The position numbers and the translations under genes were made by a program. Below, one piece after another: positions 14,401-24,405 of a stretch of DNA of 64,000 nucleotides. This stretch comes from Selaginella moellendorffii (Eukaryota; Plantae; Lycopodiophyta). Location of the stretch: NCBI RefSeq assembly GCF_000143415.4, contig NW_003314387.1, forward strand, positions 124,001-188,000, written 5' to 3'. Numbering within the stretch: position 1 is the first letter of the stretch; each line of letters starts with the position of its first letter. A model generated the notes under the pieces. That model saw only the letters and a program-made list of their open reading frames with translations, was not told where the DNA came from and ran no database searches.

Positions 14401-16936
14401 CTCCGTATATACATCTACGGATGGCATCACCCAAGATGCTTGGCGTGACTTTCTATGCCAGTGCACCAATTTATACCTAAAGCACACTACAGATCATAGC
14501 TTAGGAACCTAGTTCTTCCGCACTACCAAGTCCTCTCACTTGACAAGTTTATAATCATGTATGGACTCCTCCATGCTTGGCCCCATAAGCCACCTTTTTT
14601 GAAGTTAGCACCTTCAACTACGGTATTTGTTCCCTCAGTTTGCCAATTTTGCTTAATAAGTCATCCGGCCAATGTAACATGGTTTCATGCATAAGCTTGA
14701 AAGTCCTTGATTATCAACTTTCATTCAAAGCTATCCCTTTGAACACTCAGGAACAACTTCCCCAACCTTGATAACCTTGCTTTATGGCAAGTTTCAAGAT
14801 TATGCTTCTGCTGCACCACTTTGAATTCGTGCATTCTATAAACTATTTACATTTGGCATTCTAGGTACTAAGTTATCTAAAATTGTCTTTGGGAACCTTA
14901 ACTTGCTAAGGCATTTCCTTTTGTAAACTTTTTAATTGCCATATAGTTTAATAAGGATAATTCCATATTTTAAACTCTACATGGCATCATGGTTATTAGG
15001 AACAACACACTTAAGCACCCACTTGATTCTCCACTCCCAATTTATATAACCATCTTTGGTTATGCCTTTCAATTCCTATAGTTTGGTTACTTACGTTTTG
15101 GCCTCATACGTTTCCTTTAATTATTCTCCTCTAATCTAGGAGGATAGCTTTGCACTTTCTATTATGCCTTAACAAGTATTCTTAAGGATGAACCTACCCA
15201 TTAGCTTAAGGAGTGGTTCCTTAATCTGGCTATATTCACCTTGTAATTTTACAGATCGGGATTAACGTTGCTACTTATAGGCCTTTATATGCTCATCACT
15301 AGCTTTGCCAAAATCCCTTTTTAGCTTTGTCAAATTCAGATCAACAGACTTCTCTTGCATCTGCAACATTGGACGTTTAGATAGCACTTCCTATCCGTCA
15401 TTCGCTAGGGACTTAGTCCCTTGGGCCTTCTCTAATGCCCTCATAAAATTAAACACCACCTCCTAGTGTTTTAGAGTGCTTGGGTGTCCAATAAAAGCCT
15501 CTTTGATAATAAGCATTCCCTTTATGACATTGATTTACTTTATTGCAACATAAGCAATTTATCTCCCATAAGGGTATATCTAACTTCCTTATCCCAATAA
15601 GAAGACTTAATTTAACCAATTATTTTGCACCTTTTGCTTAGTTACCTTATAGTTGTCAAATCCTAAAATTCATTGCTGGTGTTCCCACACCTCTATCATT
15701 ATTTGGGTCACCACACTCCAACTGTATGCCTTCCAGTTTAGGCTATGACATTCCCATTTCCATTAGGATTCCTTTGGGAAAGGGTTTTCATGAACCTGCC
15801 AACTTAACCTCAAGGTATCACACTTTGGTGCATTTAGTGTTTTTACACCATCGGTTCCATGAGCCTAATTTTATGACACTTCTTACTTGTGTTTAGGTCT
15901 TTGCAAAGACCAATACAATTTTTTCTCATACCAACTATCTATTAACACTATACTATAGAGTTTACACACAACTTTGTGTCAAAGTTGTTTTCTTTTGAGA
16001 ACACCTTTCCCATGACTTTAGTATGGCATATTTTGCTATCAATGAGATACCTATTGTTCTCATACTTGGATCTTATGATCCTTCCTTTGTAGGGCACAAT
16101 ACACCTCAATTCAAATGCTTTTACCAATCCTTTAGGACCATTCCTTGATTTTACTTGAGTCATCCAACATTTTTGGATTTTGCTAATCCAATGACTTGTA
16201 AGGTCTTATTTTTGAGGTGCTAGCCCATTGGAATACAACTTTGTGTATTCATGTCCTACTCACAAGGACCATCTTTGCAAGTGTTGCTCTAACACTTGAT
16301 TATTCCTCATTTTCTTTGGGCTACTCTTGCTCCTTAGGACTATCTATCCATATGATAAGAATACCGATTCATCCTTTGAGCACACCCCCAACTCCTTGGG
16401 TTTGTTCCAACATTTATAAAAGGTAGCCCCGGCTACCATTTCAAGGACTCGTGTCCTCATCCGTATTTGACCTTTCACGGTCATTAGTTCCAGTCTCCAA
16501 TTCATGAGCACCAGCCTCAATTATATAAGGATAATCTTGTGACTCCTTTATTGTTTTAGAGTCCCTATCTTTCCCATGATCCCAACTATAGTTGTTTACC
16601 ACAACTACATTAGCCAAGATCACATCCTCGACTCTCTGAGGAAAACTTTATATTGTTCTCAAGATCCCAAAGTTGTTCTATTATTGACCCTTTTCTATCC
16701 ACCACCTCATCTACAAGTTCACACATGAATTGTAGTGGAGAGCTATGTCTTCATGACTTGCTACTCCCCAAGGATAGGCCCACTCCTAGGACCTTCTGAT
16801 ACCAACACCAGTGGTGATATACTTGAGCACCAATAAAAGTCAAATTAAGGAACAGCTCTGATACCAAATTATAAGCAACTAAATTTTCCATTCTACTTTA
16901 GTCACTTAACCACACTTCCGACCACTTGGAGGAGTC
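11417..16936 (-). mobile_element. Decayed LTR retroelement bounded by LTR-A (3' LTR 11417-12881; 5' LTR reduced to 16870-16936); internal region lacks recognisable pol
   Basis: Met-type PBS adjacent to the 16870 LTR end. Internal 13380-14545 is homologous to 29550-31300. Confidence 0.75.
16855..16866 (-). promoter_or_regulatory. Primer-binding site, initiator tRNA-Met type (TGGTATCAGAGC)
   Basis: gctctgatacca on the + strand, 3 nt from the LTR terminus. Confidence 0.9.
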
Positions 16937-18279
16937 CAAGATGGACCCGAGATGGAGTCCGATATGGACCGAGATGGAGTCCGAGATGGACTTGAGTTGG
17001 AGTCCGAGATGGACTCGAGATGGAGTCCGAGATGGAGTCTAAGATGGACCGAGATGGAGTCTGAGATGGAGTTCGAGATGGACCCGAGATGGAATCCGAG
17101 AAGGACCCAAGATGGAGTCCAAAGTCGAGATCGAGACCGAGACTGGGACCGAGACCGAGACCGAGACTGAGACCGAGACCGAGACTGAGACCGAGACCAA
17201 GGCTGAGACCAAGCCCAAGCCCGAGTCCAAGACCGAGTCCGAGTCTGAGTCCAAGTCCGAGTCCAAGTCTAAGTTCGAGTCTGAGAGGGTGAAAGCCCAA
17301 AGCGTTCGTCTCCCAGACCCTAGGGGGTTTGGTGAGCTCCAAAAGTATAGTAGGGGGAGGACTACAGTGGAGCCAGTTTGGCCAGGAAAGGCCAGTCTGG
17401 CCCAGGAAGGTTGTACCCAGTGTTGGGTGATGAGCTGCGCACTAGGAAGTCCAAGACTAGAGTGAATACGGACTGACAAGCGGGGTAGCCTGGTGAAGTG
17501 TTCAAGAGCCGGCTCTAGTTCCCCTGGGAGATCGACTGGCCGATGCTCCCAGTCCAAGAGTGGGTGGCACTACCTACTTGGATACCTGGCGTGGCTCAAT
17601 GGAACTTTGCCCTAAGCCCATGGCTAGAGCACCTAAAGGCGGAAGGCGGGGAGAGTACTCATGAGGCCCGCGTAGGGCCATGGTGTTCCAAAATGTTGTC
17701 CCAAAGTCCCAGTTTGTGGAAAGGAAGAGGAGTAGCCCTCCGGTGTGGTGACCAAGGACACAGTCACACAGTGAGGAAGTCCTAGAGGACAGTGGGACTT
17801 AGTGGTCGGGCCCGTGGGCCTTGATCCAATGGCAATGCTGGCGAACATGGCCAAGGATAGAAAGGGACTTGGTGGAGACTGGAATGGAGATATTGGGGAA
17901 GGCTATTCCCCATGTCTGCGGGCATCCTAAGGATGCTAGGGAGTGGATCTGGGATGACCACTCATGGGAGAACGACCCAGTCTTAGAGAGACAGGATTGC
18001 AATGTAGGTGGTGTTAGACCACCGATGTGACCAAGGTGAATGAGCGTAGCCTAGCGTAACAGGCTCACATGTCAGTGGTACCTTGGTGTGTCGGTCATGG
18101 GATTAGACACGTGGAGCACTTGGACCAAGTGCAAAGGTTGAGTGGCGGGGATGCCATTCTCGGGGCTAGCAAGCCCAAGTCCAAAACTAGGACTTATGAA
18201 GGTTGTGAGTGAGACTCCTCTAAGTGGTTAGAGGTGTGGCTAAGTGACTAAAGTAGAATGAAAAAATTAGTCACTTACA
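16937..18279 (+). mobile_element. Partial LTR-A in the opposite orientation, fused to the preceding LTR end
   Basis: Begins inside the satellite (gagatggagtcc units) and ends ...tagtcacttaca. Confidence 0.88.
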
Positions 18280-19229
18280 TCAAGCTTAAAAAGGTTGGTT
18301 CGTGCATGGTTTTTATATCCTTGCGTTAGGCCACCGATATATTGAAATAGCGCTAGACTCTGTTTGGCTCCATTTTTCATGCTAGTCCTGGCATTGGGAT
18401 ATTGGGCACTCTAGGACTGTTTCAAGTCACTTCGTGCTCCTGTTCCTTCACTCCTTGAGCTGTATGTTCGAGAGTTGTTATGTGCTCTAGTGCCATTGCT
18501 CCTTGCCTCCATGCTTGGTAGTTTGGCACATTCAGTGGCCGAAGGTGCTATAACTCATGTTCCACTCCACTATCCTTTGGACACCTGGCATGTGGATGTT
18601 CATTTTGCATTTTATGAATGTTGGTGTTGGATATTAGATATATGGGCAATGATGTTCGATGCTTAAGCATATTATTGGGTCATGAGAATTTATGTTAAGG
18701 TGAACTTATATAAAATTATTGGTAGGAAGAAGTTGATTGAGTCTTGAAAGTTTGCATTTCTAGATTAAGAGTCATTCTTTCTCTAGGATGGAAAATTTTC
18801 CACAAATTTTCTTAGGCTTTTCCAATGGCTGATTTGTTGATCATTTTGTCCAAAAACCTTTTCGTTTTCGTAAACCAATACAAATTAGTGAAAGGGTTGG
18901 AGTTGACTTTGGTAATCTTAGACCTTAGTAAGTAGTTTGTATGATGTGCCTGGAAGAAATGCTAACTTTTGGGGCTAAGGCAATTAAGTTGGATAGAGTC
19001 TGGAGTTGGTGTAGAAAAGTGGCCATTACGCTTTTCTAAGAAGGGTGACTCTTATGCTTTTCTTCTATAGTATTGTGCTTGGTTGCAAATTGCACCTTGC
19101 ATATTGTTACACTCTATGACAATAGTGAGCTCTCACTGAACTTGACTTGGTCTTGGTAGCCTTGCGCCTTAGCTGAGGATGGTGATGTCTAACTTGGTTG
19201 TTTGTGTCAGGAATCCCCCAATTCTTGCC

Positions 19230-19376
19230 ACATTCCTGACTCTCGCCGGATTCCTGACCTGCAGACCACATTCCTGAATCTCGAGACACTTCCCTATTCC
19301 TGACTCTCGAGACACTTCCCTATTCCTGACTCTCGAGACACTTCCCGATTCCTGAGTCTCGAGTCACATTCCTGAT
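19230..19376 (+). repeat. U3 tandem repeats (26-bp ATTCCTGACTCTCGAGACACTTCCCT units and ATTCCTGA motifs), also present in the 3' LTR
   Basis: Visible direct repeats upstream of the TATA-like tatagtatatatagg near 19451. Confidence 0.85.
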
Positions 19377-19592
19377 GATGATGTGGCGCCTCCTTGACCT
19401 CAGCTGTATTTAGGCCGTCCTCGTCCAAGAGTGGTGGAGCTTCATCAACCTATAGTATATATAGGTTAGCCTTGTTCCATTTCTCCACAATCTGAATCAA
19501 CACCAGTCTAAGGCCTCTTCTTTGTTTTCACTAGCTTTTTCTCTTTGTCTTTAGCATTTTCCAGTCTTGATCTTGTTGGGGGTCTTGACAGT

Positions 19593-19607
19593 TTGATTCA
19601 GATTGTG
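19593..19607 (+). promoter_or_regulatory. Non-tRNA (self-priming) primer-binding site
   Basis: TTGATTCAGATTGTG is the exact reverse complement of CACAATCTGAATCAA at 19486-19500 in the LTR. No TGG-type tRNA PBS is present. Confidence 0.85.
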
Positions 19608-19681
19608 TTTTTTGCTTTTCTTTTAGCTTGTTTTGATTATTTGATTGCCTTTGTCTTTTCCCCCCTTTCTTTTCTTTCTTC

Positions 19682-20659
19682 TTGCCAATGGAGTCTCCAA
19701 GCCATTCTGATTTCTTTGCCGAAGTCCTTGCAAAAATTCAGTCTGAGAATACCGAGCTGAAGGCAACCCTTCTACGCATGCAGCAGGAGCTTGCTTCACT
19801 TTCGGCTCAAGGATCCAGCAAAGTTCCTGAACCGAAGGTGAGTTTCCCGGCGAAATTTTCAGGCAAGCGTTCGGAGCTTCGTGGATTTTTGAATCAAATG
19901 GAGCTGATCTTTGCACTTCAACATCGGCGGTACCCCACTCCCGAGTCTCAAATCGGCGCGATTGGGACGTTGCTCGAGGGTGCAGCTTTGTCATGGTTTT
20001 CTCCTCTTCTGGAGAAGAGCATGAAAGGGGTCGTGGTTCCGGAGCTGATGGATCTTCAATTGTTCAAAGAGAAGCTCGAAGCATGTTTTGGCGAGACGGA
20101 TCGGGTTCGGGCTGCTACCACAAAGATGAGACGTCTCTCTCAGGGGTCTCGTCCTGCCTCGATCTACGCTGCAGAGTTCCAACTCCTTGCCTTGGACACT
20201 CAGTGGGATGAGCGGGCCCTGATTGACCAATTTCGTTTCGGCCTCAACAACGGTGTCAAGGATTTGTTGCTCACCATGGAGGATCCCAAGGACCTGTCGG
20301 ACGCCATCAACAAAGCTGTTCGATGTGACAATCGTCTCTTTGAACGTCGTCAGGAAAGTCGCCGCGCCGCTGTTTTTCCGTCCCAGACTCAGGAATCCCA
20401 GCTTGAGTCTTCGGGGCATAGTCCTGAACCTACTGCTCCGGTCCCGATGGATATTTCTGGTACTCCCCGACTCATTAGAGGGAAGTTGAGTCCTGCTGAG
20501 AGGCAACGTCGAATATCTCATAATCTTTGCCTCTACTGTGCTGATCCTAATCACAAAGCAGCTGTGTGTCCCAGGAAGCCTCCCCGATTGCTCAAGTTCA
20601 CTCTGCCTCAAAGTCCACCACTGTTGCAGTCGGGAAACGACCCTATCCAAACAGAGTAG
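19682..20659 (+). CDS. gag: Gag polyprotein (PEG10/sushi-like capsid plus CCHC zinc knuckle)
   Basis: Open 325-aa ORF with [25 protein letters not shown] and [14 protein letters not shown]. Confidence 0.93.
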   Translation: MPMESPSHSDFFAEVLAKIQSENTELKATLLRMQQELASLSAQGSSKVPEPKVSFPAKFSGKRSELRGFLNQMELIFALQHRRYPTPESQIGAIGTLLEGAALSWFSPLLEKSMKGVVVPELMDLQLFKEKLEACFGETDRVRAATTKMRRLSQGSRPASIYAAEFQLLALDTQWDERALIDQFRFGLNNGVKDLLLTMEDPKDLSDAINKAVRCDNRLFERRQESRRAAVFPSQTQESQLESSGHSPEPTAPVPMDISGTPRLIRGKLSPAERQRRISHNLCLYCADPNHKAAVCPRKPPRLLKFTLPQSPPLLQSGNDPIQTE

Positions 20660-20675
20660 GAGCTGTCTGTTTGGA
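20632..20675 (+). promoter_or_regulatory. -1 programmed ribosomal frameshift signal
   Basis: G GGA AAC heptamer in the gag frame (20632-20638), a 7-nt spacer, then a perfect 10-bp stem TCCAAACAGA/TCTGTTTGGA (20646-20655 / 20666-20675). pol lies in the -1 frame. Confidence 0.85.
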
Positions 20676-23600
20676 CTCCCCAAATAAGAATCACTTTTCT
20701 TCCTTATCAAGCTCCTCACCACCTTTCATCAAAGCCACCACCAATTCCCGCAACTTCCGCGTCCCATGTCTCCTTTCTTTCACCGGACAATCAGGACTCA
20801 AGGCTTTGGCGCTACTGGACTCGGGTGCAACTTCCTGCTTCATGGACACAGACTTTGCTGCCCGACATCACGTTCCTCTTTCTCCTACCATACGGGATCT
20901 GAGGGTTGAAGGCATCGGCGGGCATTTTGTGTCTCCATCTTCTGGACTTAGGGAAACGTTGCCCGTTCGAGTACACATCGGGTCCACCGTCACCGATATC
21001 GCCTTCAACATCATCAACAGCAAGTCTTCCTCTGTGGTGCTCGGTCTTCCTTGGTTCCAACTACATCAGCCTCAGATTTGTTGGAAGGACTTACAGCTCA
21101 TCTCTCCCACATCACCATCTCCCACGGCTTCCCCTGGTGTTCATCGAGTCCGAATCAGGAAAAGTTCCCTAAACTCAAGTCGGGGTTCTGTTCCTGACTC
21201 TACGCAGTTTTCATCCTCTTCTTTTTCCTCTCTTCCATCTTACACTGGACAGTATCCTCGTCTCATCATTCCATTTAGTCGTACCCCTCCTCCTATCTCC
21301 ACAATCACTATGAAAGAACTCCTTCATGAAGAACCTCTTTTTCTTTTTGCTTTGCATGTTTCTCCTGTCAGTCTTCCTGAGAAGTATCATGATTTTGGGG
21401 ATGTGTTTGACAAGAAAAAAGCTAGTGTACTGCCTGTTCATCGGCCTTATGATTGTCCCATTGATTTACAGGAAGGAGCGTCACCTCCGTGGGGGCCGAT
21501 CTACGGGTTATCCCCGTCCGAGCTTAAGGCCCTCAAAGAGTACGTGGATGAGAACCTTGCCTCGGGCTACATTCAGCATTCGCAGTCCCCGGCTGGAGTG
21601 CCTGTCTTCTTTGTCAAGAAGAAGGATGGGAGCTTGCGGCTAGTCATCGACTACCGAGGTTTGAACAAGGTGACTGTTCGGAACCGTTATCCGCTGCCCC
21701 TGATCTCGGACCTGTTGGAACACCTCGGCGGTGCCCGCTTCTTCACCAAGATCGACCTCCGTGGAGCATACAACCTGATCCGGATCCGGCCTGGTGATGA
21801 ATGGAAGACTGCGTTCCGAACCCGCTATGGCCACTTCGAGTACACTGTCATGCCATTTGGCTTGACAAATGCTCCAGCGGTTTTCCAACACATGGCGAAC
21901 GACGTTTTTCGGGAGTTTCTTGATCAGATGGTGATCGTCTACCTCGATGACATCCTCATCTACTCAAAAACTTAGGAGGAGCATGACGAACATGTTCGCA
22001 AGGTGCTAGCGAAGCTGCAAGAACACGGCCTATACGCGAAGCTTGAGAAATGTTCCTTTGATCAGCAGTCTGTGGAGTTCCTTGGGTACATTGTCACTTC
22101 TGAGGGTATCACGATGGATCCTGCTAAAGTCAAGACTATTCTCGAATGGGAGCCTCCACAATCAATGTCAGACGTTCAGGTTTTCCTTGGCTTCGCCAAC
22201 TTCTACCGCAAATTCATTGATCACTACTCTGACATTGTCCTTCCTCTCACACATCTCACTCGCAAGGATGTTCCCTTCTCTTGGTCTGCTGCTGCCTAGC
22301 AGGCCTTCGACACACTCAAGGCGGCCTTCAGTTCTGCTCCTGTCTTGATCCATGCTGATTCCTCACAACCTTTCTTCATCGAGGCTGATGCCTCCGACTT
22401 TGCCATTGGTGCTGTGCTATCTCAACTCGGAGCGGATCACGAACTTCATCCGGTCGCTTTCCATTCTCGGAAATTCCAGCCTGCGGAGATCAATTACGAA
22501 ATCCACGACAAGGAGCTTCTTGCCATCGTGGATTCCTTTGGAGAGTGGCGCCGTTTCTTGGAGGGGGCGAGCCATCAAACAACAGTCTGGACGGATCACA
22601 AAAATCTCGAGTACTTTGCCACTTCCCGAGTTTTAAGCCGTCGTCAAGCAAGGTGGGCACAATTCCTGAGTCGGTTTGACTTTGTTATCAAGTACAGACC
22701 TGGAAAGTTTCAAGGCCTTCCTGATGCTCTTTCAAGGCGCTCCTATCTCAGTCTCAGGCCTGGTAATCCTGCCTTCGATCAACAGGATCAAGTTATCCTC
22801 GGTCCTGATCGGCTTCAAGTTATGGCAATTTCCCTGGCCCCTCAGGACTCCTCCTTGATGGATGCAATCAGAAACGATCTTCAATCCGATGATCTTGCTA
22901 GCGACATTTTTCCCCATCTTCAGGTTGGACACCCAGTGACTCCCGACTGCCGGCGATTTGACGAGTTCGAGTTCTTAGATGGCTTATTGTACCGTGGGGA
23001 GCAGCTTTACGTTCCTGAAGGTGATGCTCGAAGGTTGATCCTGATGGCGTGCCACGATAGCCCGACTGCTGGTCACTTCGGCATTGCGAAAACCTATGAG
23101 CTAGTTGCACGGGACTTTTGGTGGCCTCACATGGACGACTACATCAAAGCTTTTGTTACCTCCTATGACACTTGTGCCCGGAATAAGGTACCTCGCCACC
23201 TTCCTTCAGGTTTGCTTCGTTCCCTTCCGGTCCCTTCAGGTCCTTGGGAATCCATCTCCATGGATTTCTTGAGTGATCTTCCGAGTTCTGGAGGCTTCAA
23301 CAGCATTTTAGTCGTGGTGGATCGCTTCACAAAGATGGCGCACTTCTTGCCATGTACCAAGGAGTTTTCGGGCGAGGACATGGCAAAACTGGTATTCAGG
23401 GAAATTTTCCGACTTCATGGGATTCCTACAGATGTGGTTTCGGATCGGGGGCCTCAGTTCATCTCTCATTTCTGGCAACGGTTTTTGCAGCTGCTTGGAG
23501 TGAAGGCCAACCTCTCTTCGGCATATCATCCTCAAACTGATGGGCAGTCCGAGCGAACGATTCAGACGTTGGAACAATTCTTGAGGTGCTTCATCAACTA

Positions 23601-24405
23601 TCATCAGGATAACTGGTTCGATATCCTTCCCCTTGCTGAGTTCTCCTATAACAACTCTGTTCACTCCTCTCTTTGAGTTTCCCCCTTCTTTGCGAACTCT
23701 GGCCGAAATCCCCGATTTAATCTCTCACTTCCTTCTCCATCTGAATCCTCTCGTTCAAATCCCCGCTCTGAATCATTTATCTCCAACCTTCAGGAAATCC
23801 ACAACTCCATCTCCTTCCACCTCCATCGTGCTCAGGAATCTCATAAAACATTTGCCAATGTCCATCGTCAGGATTGTCCCCCTTACAATATCGGGGATAA
23901 AGTCTGGCTCCTCAGGCGAAATATCTCCACCACCAGGCCCTGTCCAAAACTCGATTTCAAACGCCTTGGTCCTTTCCCTATCACTGCCATCATTAATCCT
24001 GTCACCTATCGCTTTGCACTTCCCTCCTCATATCAAATTCACCCCATTTTTCACTCCTCTCTCCTTGAGCCTTATATTCCCAGTCCTATTCCAAATCAGG
24101 TCATTCCTCCACCTCCACCAGTGCAGCTCGAGGATGGGTCTGAGTACGAGGTTCAGGACATCCTTGATTCCAAGATTTCACGATCTAAACTCTACTATCT
24201 GGTGGACTGGAAGGGTTATAGACCTGAGGAAAGCACTTGGGAACCTGCGGACAACCTGATTCATTCTCCTGACCTTGTTCAGGACTTCCACCGCCGCTAT
24301 CCTTCTCGTCCCAGTCCTCATTCTTTTTCTCCATCTCCCATCCCTCGCCGCTCATCTCATCCTCCTCTTCGTTCTCGTTCACATCCTCGTTCCACTCGTT
24401 CTTGA
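20638..24405 (+). pseudogene. pol: Pol (PR-RT-RNaseH-IN-chromodomain) with three in-frame nonsense codons
   Basis: LLDSGA, YLDD, EADASD, HHCC/DDE integrase and YEVQDILD..YLVDWKGY..STWEP all lie in one frame. Stops at 21973, 22297 and 23674. Confidence 0.95.

Noticed and set aside
19230-19376. Regular short repeats suggestive of a CRISPR array
   Set aside because: No unique spacers and no cas genes. The repeats are duplicated in both LTRs of a eukaryotic retroelement.
19591-19596. GTTTGA follows both LTRs, suggesting longer LTRs
   Set aside because: TG...CA termini and the upstream GTTTG define a normal 5-bp TSD. The match to the start of the PBS region is treated as coincidence.
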